Assembly: GCF_002868845.1 (NCBI RefSeq)
Contig: NZ_PKUB01000044.1
Location: forward strand, 32,041-96,040
DNA: 64,000 bases
Reading direction: 5' to 3'
Source of the DNA: Desulfuromonas sp.
Lineage (GTDB): Bacteria; Desulfobacterota; Desulfuromonadia; Desulfuromonadales; BM501
The notes below the pieces were generated by a model. That model ran no database searches. It worked only from the letters and a program-made list of their open reading frames with translations, and was not told where the DNA came from. The position numbers and the translations under genes were made by a program. Of this stretch, positions 56,061 to 64,000 are shown in pieces; position 1 is the first letter of the stretch; every line of letters begins with the position of its first letter.

Positions 56061-56099
56061 TTAACGAATCCTGATTATGTCAAATGACAGGGCAGGCGA

Positions 56100-57068
56100 T
56101 CACATGCGCCGGCTGACCACGAAATCGGCCACCTCGCAGAGAGCCTCTCTGGCCGGCGACGGGGGAAAGGCCTCGAGGCGCGCCTTTGCCCGTTCCACGA
56201 GGGCCCCGGCGCGGGCCCGGGTGTGGCCGATGCCGTCATGCCGACCGATCAGGGAGAGCACGAACTCGAGGTCGTCTGCGCTGATCTCCTCCTTTTCCAC
56301 GATGGATGCAACCTGTTCGCGATCCTCGCCCGAGCAGTGACGCAGGGCTTCTATCAGGGGCAGAGTCATCTTGCCCTCGGCGAGATCCTGCCCCCGGGCC
56401 TTGCCGAACTCCGATTCCTCGGCCACGTAATCGAGCGCGTCGTCCATGAACTGAAAGGCGATCCCCAGGTCCATGCCGAAATCGCTCAGGGCCTGTTCCT
56501 GCGCGCTGGAGACCTTGCCCAGAATGCCCCCGCACTGGCAGGCGGCGGCAAGCAGGACCGCGGTCTTGTTGCGAACCACGGTGATATAGCGGTCCTCGTC
56601 CATATCCAGGTAGCAGGTACTGATCAACTGCAGCACCTCACCCTCGGCCATGTTGGTGGTCGCCTCGGAAAGAACCTTCAGAACTCCGAGGTCCCCCCCC
56701 TTGACCATGATGGCGAACGATTTGGCGAAGAGAAAATCCCCGACCAGGACCGAGGCTTCATTCCCCCAGACCGCATTGGCCGAATCGTTGCCGCGGCGCA
56801 TCACAGCGCTGTCCACCACATCGTCGTGAAGCAGGGTCGCGGTGTGGATGAACTCCACCACGCTGGCGAGGCCGATATGATACTGCCCCGAATATCCGGA
56901 GAGCCGGGCGCAGAGGAGCAGCAGCATCGGCCGGATCCGCTTGCCCCCGCTGGCGAGAACATACTCCCCCACCTTGCGGATCAGGAGAACTTCCGAGTCC
57001 AGATCCTTCTTGAACTGGGCCTCCACCTTGATCAGGTCGTCTTGCAGTAATTCGAGGGCTTTATCCAT
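56100..57068 (-). CDS. ispB: Long-chain polyprenyl diphosphate synthase (octaprenyl/heptaprenyl type)
   Basis: GGKRIRP is present. The first DDxxD lies in LLHDDVVD and the second in QFMDDALD. Length is 322 aa. Confidence 0.9.
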   Translation of the reverse strand: MDKALELLQDDLIKVEAQFKKDLDSEVLLIRKVGEYVLASGGKRIRPMLLLLCARLSGYSGQYHIGLASVVEFIHTATLLHDDVVDSAVMRRGNDSANAVWGNEASVLVGDFLFAKSFAIMVKGGDLGVLKVLSEATTNMAEGEVLQLISTCYLDMDEDRYITVVRNKTAVLLAAACQCGGILGKVSSAQEQALSDFGMDLGIAFQFMDDALDYVAEESEFGKARGQDLAEGKMTLPLIEALRHCSGEDREQVASIVEKEEISADDLEFVLSLIGRHDGIGHTRARAGALVERAKARLEAFPPSPAREALCEVADFVVSRRM

Positions 57069-57317
57069 GGGCGGGAAAATCCTTTAGAGGTAAAATCCCG
57101 CTTATCCTAAAGAATCGCTCGGACACTTGTCAAAAGGTTTTTGCGACGGGCGTTTCAAAAGCGATATCGCCGATATATTTAATTGACGACAATTTGATGG
57201 AGCGTAAAAACACGACCGCCTTCATCATGTTTTAATTATTGACATTTCCAGGTTGCCTGAAAAAACTTTTCCCATACCGCCCGGCCGCAGATGCAGATGA
57301 ATGCAACAGGAGGAATC

Positions 57318-57410
57318 ATGAACCGAACGCCCTACAGCACCGCCAACCTCAGGAGCTTCGTCAACGGGAGCACCCTGCGGGAACTGGTCGCCGACCTGGG
57401 GGGAATGTGA
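57318..57410 (+). CDS. Candidate 30-aa small ORF
   Basis: Own translation: MNRTPYSTANLRSFVNGSTLRELVADLGGM. An AGGAGG Shine-Dalgarno lies 4-5 nt upstream. The codons are strongly GC3-biased. The ORF is below the track cutoff. Confidence 0.3.
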   Translation: MNRTPYSTANLRSFVNGSTLRELVADLGGM

Positions 57411-57421
57411 AAAAGTAACGA

Positions 57422-58357
57422 TCAGGGGGACGATTCGGGGAGCGGGGGTTTCACCGGCACGAAGCGCTGTTTCTTTTGTACCCAACTGTAGCTTCCGGCA
57501 TCCCAGATGCTCTCCAGCAGCTTCCAGTCGAGATGGACCCCCTTCATTTCGTCCACGGTATCGGAGGCCTGCAGCATTTCACTGTCATCGACCACGCTGT
57601 CGCCGTTCAAATCGGCCCAAAGGTAGGGGGCGGTGCGAAGGAGACTCATGCCCTCCACCTGTGCAGGCGCGCTGCTGCCATTGGGATTGGCCACCACCTC
57701 TCCCCGGAACTCGGCATCCAGGTCAAGTTCGGCCCCGGAGGAGACTTTCAGAAGATAGACGATAAGGGGCCTCTCCTCGCCAGGCTTGACGATCCAACGC
57801 ACAGTGCCCGCCTCGTTGTCCAGGCTGGAAGCCGGGGGGGTGGCTTCGATCAGCTTCCACCCCGCGGGGAAGTGCTCCCGAAGGATGAACCCCTTGACCT
57901 GGTCTTCGGTCTCCAGCCGGACACGCACGGGAATCAGGCTGCCCGGGGCCGCGTATTGAGGCAAAAAGCGCTCGGCCAGGACCCCGGCCTGGGGAACCTC
58001 CCCCTTCCGGAAGAAGAGTGCCCCCGCCGCCAGAACGAGCAGGAGTGCGCCGAGGCCAAAAACCTGCCAGGGGGAAAAGGGAAACCTCGCCTTTTCCTTG
58101 GGCCGGGGCGCCTCGGCGGCGGTCTCCTCGGGTTCCCTGCGCAGGATATTTTCAACAGAGGCCTCCAGGGCCTCGGCAAGGCGGATGGCGTTTTCTCTTT
58201 TGACCGAAGGGTAGCGATTGTTCTCCCAGCGGGAAATCGTATCAGTGGTCACTCCGACCACCTTCGCCACATAGAGTTGGGTCAGCTTTTTCGCCTCGCG
58301 TTGCCGACGGATCTCGGCGCCGTCGAGGCAGACTGTGGGAGGAAGTTCAGGCTCCAT
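57422..58357 (-). CDS. XRE-family HTH protein with a TM helix and an extracytoplasmic domain ending in a dockerin/EF-hand-like DLNGDSVVDD motif
   Basis: Start MEPELPP. HTH segment LTQLYVAKVVGVTTDTISRWENNR. TM helix WQVFGLGALLLVLAAGALFF. Confidence 0.7.
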   Translation of the reverse strand: MEPELPPTVCLDGAEIRRQREAKKLTQLYVAKVVGVTTDTISRWENNRYPSVKRENAIRLAEALEASVENILRREPEETAAEAPRPKEKARFPFSPWQVFGLGALLLVLAAGALFFRKGEVPQAGVLAERFLPQYAAPGSLIPVRVRLETEDQVKGFILREHFPAGWKLIEATPPASSLDNEAGTVRWIVKPGEERPLIVYLLKVSSGAELDLDAEFRGEVVANPNGSSAPAQVEGMSLLRTAPYLWADLNGDSVVDDSEMLQASDTVDEMKGVHLDWKLLESIWDAGSYSWVQKKQRFVPVKPPLPESSP

Positions 58358-58615
58358 GAATCGGGTCTCCAGGTAAAATTCGCCAGAGTCTAACAGACAT
58401 CCCACAATGGTGTAAACAGCAAAAGCCACCCCGGATCGACGCTGAAAAGACCCGACACGGGCCATTGTATTTCATTGAATTCTTTACCATTCACCCCGAC
58501 ATCGGGTGGCATTGGACCTGATATCTGATGCAGAGCGAGCCAGGTTCGATTAGAGTCTACCCAAGCATGGCGGACCCATCCGCCCCAGATCCCTTTTTAG
58601 AAGGAGGAGAAAAAG

Positions 58616-58936
58616 ATGAAGCGTTTTATCACCATCCTGATGGTCGTGGCCTTCGTGGCCGCCGGTTCCCTGGCCGCTTTCGCCACCGACCCCCCCGCCG
58701 AAGTCAAGTACGAGACCAAGATGGGGACCATCACCTTCGATCACACCGTCCACCAGGGCAAAGTGGCCGACTGCACCGCCTGCCACCACAACGGTGTTGA
58801 CAAGGGCTCCTGCAAGAGCTGCCACGGTGTGGACGCTGCCGCTCCCAAGGCCAAAGACGCCTTCCACAAGCAGTGCAAAGGCTGCCATAAGAAAGAAGGC
58901 GGCCCCACCGGGTGCAAAGGTTGCCACGTGAAGTAA
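58616..58936 (+). CDS. Small periplasmic multihaem cytochrome c of the c7/c3 (PpcA-like) family with four CxxCH motifs
   Basis: AAGGAGG Shine-Dalgarno. Signal peptide ILMVVAFVAAGSLAAFA. The sequence aligns by eye with Desulfuromonas c7 (VKYETKMGTITFDHTVH). CxxCH motifs: CTACH, CKSCH, CKGCH, CKGCH. Confidence 0.9.
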   Translation: MKRFITILMVVAFVAAGSLAAFATDPPAEVKYETKMGTITFDHTVHQGKVADCTACHHNGVDKGSCKSCHGVDAAAPKAKDAFHKQCKGCHKKEGGPTGCKGCHVK

Positions 58937-58947
58937 ACAGGACCGAA

Positions 58948-61278
58948 CTAGTCCTGGCAAGACCCGAGGGGGCCGCACTTGCGGCCCCCTTTTTTTTGTC
59001 GCAAATCGAGCGTATAAGGGCAGGCCGGATGACCCTCCGGTGACGATGGAGGTCGGTAAGGGCCGCCTCTCTCGCGGAGAACCACCCTCTCTGCCCAGCG
59101 CCGCTCGGCCTCCCGCGGCCCCTCCGGCAGATCGGGGTAGTCACCTCTGCCGGGTCGGCCGACGTGGTACTCGAAGCTTCCCAAAACTTTTCCCGAGCCG
59201 GAATGAACGACCTCGAAAAGCAGAGGCACATGCGGTTCAATCCCGGGATGAAGGGCGTCGACCAGCGGCCACGCCTTGAACCGGACCCCCCCGACGGACT
59301 CTCCCTCCACCCCCGTGGCCGCAAGGGGCACCCGATGTTCGTTGCAGAGCAGGGCCAAAGGGTGCCCCTCCGCGCAGCGCAGACGCGCCTGAAGCCTCTC
59401 GCAAGAGGAATCGACCGGGCGCGACGCTGCCCCGCTGTGGGCCGCAGGGCCCAGCACCGGCCAAGGCTCAAGGGCCTGTCGCAGTTCCAGTTCGGCTTCC
59501 GGCAGGCTCATGGTGCCGCAGTGCGGAAAACGGAAATCGAGAAAAGGCTGCAGCCATTCATCCTGATAGGGATAACCCGCCTGCCGGAGATCCTTCGCCA
59601 CCCGGGCCAGGTCGGCGGCTATGAAATGAGGAAGGGCGAAGCGGTCGTGAAGGGCCGTTCCCCACCTCACCAAGGGGCCCTGGAAGGGCTGACTCAAGAA
59701 CCAGGCTAACAGAGAGCGAACCAGCAGTGCCAATGCGAGGCTCATGCGGGGGTGGGGGGGCATCTCCAGGCAGCGCAACTCAAGGAGCCCGAGCCGACCT
59801 GCCGGGTTGTCCGCCGGAAACAGTTTGTCGATGCAGAATTCGGCCCGGTGGCTGTTGCCGGTCAGGTCCACCAGAATGTGGCGAAACACCCGATCCAGTC
59901 CCTCGGGCGAAAGGTCATCTCCTCTTTCCAATTGCAAAAATGCCAGTTCCAGTTCGTAGAGGCTTTCGTGACGCGCCTCGTCCACCCTCGGGGTCTGACT
60001 GGTCGGTCCCACGAAGAGACCCGAAAACCCGTAGGAGAGGCCGGGGTGGTTCTGCCAGTAAGACAGGAAACTTCGGAGCAGATCCGGGCGACGGGAAAAG
60101 GGGCTCTCCAGGGCCGTTCCGCCGCCAAGGGTCAGATGGCTGCCCCCTCCGGTGCCGACGATGCGACCGTCCCTCTGAAACTTGAAGGCGTCGAGATGGC
60201 AGGCCTCGGCCTCCCGATAAACGACCTGCACCATCTCCCTAATTTCAACCCAGGACCTTGCCGGAGGAAGGTTGACCTCCAGAACCCCGGGGTCAGGCAC
60301 CAGCCCGAGCCTGCTCAGGGCTGGATCGATCGGGGGAGGATATCCCCCGAGCCGGACCGGAGAATCCAGTTCCCCGGCGGTCTGCTCCACTGCCTCTACA
60401 AGGTGGAGAAAGCCTTCCAGGGTTCCGACCGGCGGGAGAAAGACCTCCAACGCCCCCTCCAGCGCCTCCACGGCCAGGGCGACGCGAATGGTGCCTGGCT
60501 CCCCCTCAACATACCCGCCCTCTTCTCGGAGGCCGGGTGCGGGAACCGGCGAACCCTCCCCCGCTTCACTCAGGAGGCCGTCGGCCTCCGGCCACTCCAT
60601 GTCAGCCAGGGGCAGGCGCAGGCCGAGTGGGGCATCGCCGGGCCGGGCCAGCAAGGGCCCCGGAGGCAAAGCCCAGGAGCAACTCGCCCAGCGGCGGCCG
60701 CCGCCGCTGTCGACCCGCAGCAGGGGCAGCACGAACCCCGCCGAAACCGGTAGCACTCCCTGTCGCTCAGGGCCCTGGAAAATCTCCAGGATACGGGCCG
60801 GATTAACCGCCAGGTTCTCCGCCAGTCTCCGGATTAACCCCCTGCCCTCCCCCGGGCCGATCGACCTTGTATCCCCTTCGGGGGAAAGGAGGTCCGGCCT
60901 TCGCCACACCGGCACTCCGTCCTGCCGCCAGTAATAACCGAGGGCCCAGCGCGGCCAAGCCTCCCCAGGATACCATTTTCCCACCCCGTAGTGCAGGAGG
61001 CCGCCGGGGGGCAACCGCTCCTTCAGGCGCAGCAGACGCCGCTCGGCCTTGCCCCTCTTTCCCTCCCCCAAAGCGTCGGTCCGCCACTCGGCGGCCTCCG
61101 GCCGCTCCCGGCAGACGAAAGTCGGCTCCCCCCCCATGGTCAAGCCCGCCTTCAGGGCCGCAAGGCGCCGATCTACGGCCTCTCCTAGGGCATCGATGGT
61201 CCGCCACTGCTTCTCGGTGTAAGGATGGGTTATCACCTTCATGATCGGGAGTGCCCCTTCAGTGGTCCGGGCTGCCAT
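58948..61278 (-). CDS. DUF2126-like large protein (transglutaminase-associated, putative amidoligase-like)
   Basis: The N-terminus ...TEKQWRTIDALGEAVDRRLAALKAGLTMGGEPTFV and the operon context point to this family; the assignment is from memory. The start is ATG 61278, abutting the upstream TAA, or ATG 61242. Confidence 0.6.
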   Translation of the reverse strand: MAARTTEGALPIMKVITHPYTEKQWRTIDALGEAVDRRLAALKAGLTMGGEPTFVCRERPEAAEWRTDALGEGKRGKAERRLLRLKERLPPGGLLHYGVGKWYPGEAWPRWALGYYWRQDGVPVWRRPDLLSPEGDTRSIGPGEGRGLIRRLAENLAVNPARILEIFQGPERQGVLPVSAGFVLPLLRVDSGGGRRWASCSWALPPGPLLARPGDAPLGLRLPLADMEWPEADGLLSEAGEGSPVPAPGLREEGGYVEGEPGTIRVALAVEALEGALEVFLPPVGTLEGFLHLVEAVEQTAGELDSPVRLGGYPPPIDPALSRLGLVPDPGVLEVNLPPARSWVEIREMVQVVYREAEACHLDAFKFQRDGRIVGTGGGSHLTLGGGTALESPFSRRPDLLRSFLSYWQNHPGLSYGFSGLFVGPTSQTPRVDEARHESLYELELAFLQLERGDDLSPEGLDRVFRHILVDLTGNSHRAEFCIDKLFPADNPAGRLGLLELRCLEMPPHPRMSLALALLVRSLLAWFLSQPFQGPLVRWGTALHDRFALPHFIAADLARVAKDLRQAGYPYQDEWLQPFLDFRFPHCGTMSLPEAELELRQALEPWPVLGPAAHSGAASRPVDSSCERLQARLRCAEGHPLALLCNEHRVPLAATGVEGESVGGVRFKAWPLVDALHPGIEPHVPLLFEVVHSGSGKVLGSFEYHVGRPGRGDYPDLPEGPREAERRWAERVVLRERGGPYRPPSSPEGHPACPYTLDLRQKKGGRKCGPLGSCQD
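58958..58988 (+). terminator. Rho-independent terminator of the cytochrome gene
   Basis: gggggccgc-actt-gcggccccc followed by T9. It lies inside the last codons of the convergent DUF2126-like ORF. Confidence 0.7.
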
Positions 61279-62127
61279 TTATGGCTCCACGGCTAGCTCG
61301 ATCCGGTACTCCATCCGGGCTTCTGAACCGTTTCCCCGAATGGTTCCGCTGACCGGCGAAGCCTCAAGGGGCTCGTGGCTGGCAGTGAGGGCGAGATGGC
61401 CTTCGGCCACCGCCATGCCGTGGGTGGGATCAAAGCCTCGCCACCCCCCGCCAGGCAGAAAGACTTCTGCCCAGGCGTGCATGGGACGCTCCCGGCTGTC
61501 GGCATCTCCCTGCTGGTAACCGCTGACAAAGCGGGCCGCGAGGCCCTGGCAGCGGCAGGCGGCGATGAACAGGACGGCCAGGTCCCGGCAGGATCCCTGC
61601 CGCAGGGCCAGGGTTTTCTCCGGAGGATGAGGAGGACCCTCGTGGCGCAACACGACCCGGAAACTCTCATAGATCCGCCCGGCGAGACCGACCAGAAACG
61701 GAAGCGTCCCCCCGCCCGCCTCACGGCACACGGCCCGGGCGAAGTCTGCGACCTCGGGAGTCCCTCCCCCGCCCTCCAGGCATCCGGAGAGTGATTTCCG
61801 CAGAGCGGGGGGATAGGATGCCGGCAGGGAGGCAACCGCTGGGTCGGCGAGAAGGAAATCGAAGGGATTGGTGCAGAGCGTCTGCGCCTCGAACCGGGTC
61901 CGGATCTCCAGGCTTTCGGTCAGTCCCTCGAACCAGGCCTGGGCCAGGGGGCTGCCCTCCGGGCCGAGCCCCTGGACCAGACCAACCGGCCGGGGCAGGA
62001 GCTCCATATCAAAATGCAATAGGCGCTGAAGGGGGTCTTCACGCGGCCGCAGGCGAACGATGTGCGGTTCGAGGAAGACCGGCCTGCTGTAAAGATAGCG
62101 GGTGACATGATGGACCCGAAAACGCAT
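61279..62127 (-). CDS. Transglutaminase-family protein (Bact_transglu_N plus transglutaminase core)
   Basis: MRFRVHHVTRYLYSRPV. The catalytic-Cys context QGSCRDLAVLFIAACR is present, and HAWAEVFLPGGGWRGFDPT. Confidence 0.85.
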   Translation of the reverse strand: MRFRVHHVTRYLYSRPVFLEPHIVRLRPREDPLQRLLHFDMELLPRPVGLVQGLGPEGSPLAQAWFEGLTESLEIRTRFEAQTLCTNPFDFLLADPAVASLPASYPPALRKSLSGCLEGGGGTPEVADFARAVCREAGGGTLPFLVGLAGRIYESFRVVLRHEGPPHPPEKTLALRQGSCRDLAVLFIAACRCQGLAARFVSGYQQGDADSRERPMHAWAEVFLPGGGWRGFDPTHGMAVAEGHLALTASHEPLEASPVSGTIRGNGSEARMEYRIELAVEP

Positions 62128-62136
62128 CGGAGTCCC

Positions 62137-62910
62137 TCAATCTCCACGGGGACAGAAATCCCGCGGGGAAATGTTGTTTTCGGCCGTGCTGAGCTTCGAC
62201 ATGGCCCGTTCTATCCATTCGCTGGGTAATTCCTGGATCGACAGGCGCAGGCGCTCCATCCACCAGGTGGAGATCTCCTCCAATTCCTCTTTTTCGAAGC
62301 GGTGTTCCACGATCCGAAACGTGTCTCTTAGATAGAGGACCACATCGACGGGGAAGTCGACGTCGGAAGCGCTGATGCGGGTCGAATCGAAGGCCAGCAT
62401 CCCGACCGTGAGGGCGAAGTTGAGAGGGTCCTCGTGGTGCAGGGTGCGGTCGAGGACCGGCTTGCCGTACCCCGAAGCGCCGACGATCTGGTAGGGGGTT
62501 CCCCGGCCGATCTCCACCCAGTTCCCAGGGGGATAGAGCAAAAAGAGCTTGGGCTCCTGGTCTGCCGACATCTGCCCCCCGACGAGACTGTGAATATTGA
62601 ATGAGAGGCCGGCCTCGGCCAGGTGTTTCTTGTCCTCCCGGGCGACTTTGCGGATCTGTTCGGCCAGGGAGTTGACGGCCTTGTAAAGCCGGTCAAAAGG
62701 CTCTTCCCGCTCGGCCAGCACCTCTTCGAAATAGACCAGCGCCTTATCGCGGGCCGAGCGCAGGCCGGAGGTCATGAGGAACATGGCGTTGTTCCCCTGT
62801 TGAAAAATCGAAATCTTCTTGGCCGTGATGGTTTCGTGCCCCGAAATGATCCGGGTATCGGCGATCCCCACCAGCCCGTCCCTCTGACGCATGCCCAGAC
62901 AGAATGTCAT
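62137..62910 (-). CDS. Proteasome-type (Ntn) peptidase, Anbu-like
   Basis: The start MTFCLGMRQRDGLVGIADTRI places Thr2 as the putative nucleophile. The alpha-E and transglutaminase gene context fits Anbu. Confidence 0.7.
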   Translation of the reverse strand: MTFCLGMRQRDGLVGIADTRIISGHETITAKKISIFQQGNNAMFLMTSGLRSARDKALVYFEEVLAEREEPFDRLYKAVNSLAEQIRKVAREDKKHLAEAGLSFNIHSLVGGQMSADQEPKLFLLYPPGNWVEIGRGTPYQIVGASGYGKPVLDRTLHHEDPLNFALTVGMLAFDSTRISASDVDFPVDVVLYLRDTFRIVEHRFEKEELEEISTWWMERLRLSIQELPSEWIERAMSKLSTAENNISPRDFCPRGD

Positions 62911-62915
62911 GGCAG

Positions 62916-63896
62916 CTACTCCTCGATGTTGGAGTTGAAGCCTTCCGCAGCAGGCGGAAGGCCGAAAAATGTATCCTCGACGGCCGCACCGACATGGTTG
63001 AGTCGCTCCTGGGTCGCTTCGAGAAACTCGTGCAGCCCCCCGGACAGGACCTCCTCCGTTCGGGTGTAGTCGAATTCGGCCAGCAAGCGCCCCAGGGCCT
63101 GTTCCGCCCGGTTGCCGAAAGAACCGCGGGGCGAACCGGTAATTTTGTGCAGCGACGTCTCGGCCATGGCCAGGCAGAAATGGATAGCCCGGGGGAAGGT
63201 GTTGTCGAGGACCAGAAACTCGACGATGCGCTCCGGGCTGATGCGCCCGAAGCGCTGGCGGTACATTTCGAAGGCGCTGGCCGATCGCAGCAGTGCCGCC
63301 CAAAGAATGTTGTCGAGGGAGGTCCCGACGTAATCGACCGAGGGCAGCAGGACGTAATACTTGACGTCGAGGATGCGGGAGGTCTTGTCGGCACGTTCCA
63401 GCATGCGGCCCAAGCGGCCGAAGTGCCAGCCCTCTCCGTGGGACATGGTCGATTCGGTGACCCCCACGAAGAGATGGCTGTCGGTCATGACCTGGTCCAG
63501 AAATGCGTGGGACAGATCGAGGGCCTGACCGGCCGGATCGGCCTCCTTGACGGCGAGGTAGAAGGTGTTGACCTGCTGCCACATCTCGGAACTGAGGTAC
63601 TCCCTGATGGAGCGGGCATTCTCCCTGGCCGCCCGCAGGCAGGAGAGGATGGAGTTGGGGTTGCCCTCGTCGAAGGTGAGGAACCGGATGACATTCTCCC
63701 GGGTCGGCTCGCCGTAGCACCTGGAGAATAGCTCCTCGTCCCCGGTGGTGGTGACAAGGGGCTTCCACTGCTCCTCCTCCCCCAGGGGCAGGTCGAGAAT
63801 CATCTGAAAATTGGCATCGATGAATCGGGCCACGTTTTCGGCCCGCTCGACGTAGCGATTGAGCCAGTAGATGGAATTGGCCACCCGGCTCAGCAT
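62916..63896 (-). CDS. Alpha-E domain protein (DUF403)
   Basis: MLSRVANSIYWLNRYVERAENVARFI is the hallmark N-terminus. Confidence 0.85.
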   Translation of the reverse strand: MLSRVANSIYWLNRYVERAENVARFIDANFQMILDLPLGEEEQWKPLVTTTGDEELFSRCYGEPTRENVIRFLTFDEGNPNSILSCLRAARENARSIREYLSSEMWQQVNTFYLAVKEADPAGQALDLSHAFLDQVMTDSHLFVGVTESTMSHGEGWHFGRLGRMLERADKTSRILDVKYYVLLPSVDYVGTSLDNILWAALLRSASAFEMYRQRFGRISPERIVEFLVLDNTFPRAIHFCLAMAETSLHKITGSPRGSFGNRAEQALGRLLAEFDYTRTEEVLSGGLHEFLEATQERLNHVGAAVEDTFFGLPPAAEGFNSNIEE

Positions 63897-64000
63897 CCCG
63901 ACCCCGCCTTTCCTCCCGGCTCCAGCGCTTCCCCCGTGGGGGTGTCGTGATCGGCATGGACCACCCAGGTGTCTTTGCTGCCCCCTCCCTGCGAGGAATT
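63890..64000 (-). CDS. C-terminal end of a circularly permuted type-2 ATP-grasp protein (DUF404/DUF407); the 5' part lies outside the window
   Basis: Own translation: NSSQGGGSKDTWVVHADHD...GSGC*. The SSQGGGSKDTWV motif is typical of the family. The stop overlaps the alpha-E start (ATGCTGA). Confidence 0.65.
   Translation of the reverse strand, partial: NSSQGGGSKDTWVVHADHDTPTGEALEPGGKAGSGC

Noticed and set aside
58466-58615. A possible c-di-GMP or other riboswitch or attenuator in the 5' region of the cytochrome gene (hairpin ggcgga-ccca-tccgcc, then a T5 run)
   Set aside because: I could not match GEMM-I or GEMM-II core sequences by eye. The T-run lies 9 nt from the stem, too far for a canonical intrinsic terminator. 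An Rfam scan would be needed.

Overview
The window is a high-GC chromosomal segment with Desulfuromonadales/Geobacter-like gene content (c7-type cytochrome, sigma54 regulators, multihaeme proteins). All calls come from reading the ORF track and the sequence by eye. No HMM, BLAST or folding was run, so family names are motif-based inferences.

Left to right the window contains:
- A partial PAS-GGDEF cyclase.
- A Cpx-like envelope-stress module: a CpxP/Spy-like protein, an outer-membrane barrel, a DUF3422-like protein and cpxR/cpxA-like genes. Repeated GTAAA-N5-GTAAA boxes lie upstream of several of these.
- A pirin gene.
- A compact polyphosphate cluster: ppx, ppk1, CHAD, CYTH, ppgK and sixA.
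- A roughly 6.8 kb low-GC island at about 15.6-22.4 kb. It encodes four paralogous PAPS-type sulfotransferases, an exostosin-like protein, a GSCFA protein and two unknowns.
- hypF, a secreted tail-fibre-like repeat protein, a RidA-like plus amidase pair, and a Na/Pi cotransporter.
- A DASS transporter with a sigma54 promoter.
- A roughly 17 kb minus-strand operon at 35.8-52.8 kb of nine exported proteins, described below. A Cache histidine kinase lies upstream of it and a sigma54 response regulator downstream.
- ispB, an XRE-type membrane protein and a c7/c3-type cytochrome.
- The distal part of an Anbu / alpha-E / transglutaminase / DUF2126 operon, which runs off the right edge.

The two best candidates for undescribed systems are the exported haem / beta-propeller / FG-GAP operon and the sulfotransferase island. 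The operon encodes a PD40 protein with two haem motifs, three FG-GAP/ASPIC (CRTAC1-type) proteins, a ten-CxxCH YVTN-peroxidase fusion, a Reg_prop propeller, two orphan solute-binding proteins and TPR proteins. One of its CRTAC1-type genes carries an in-frame amber codon.

No rRNA, intact tRNA, CRISPR array, integrase or transposase was seen.
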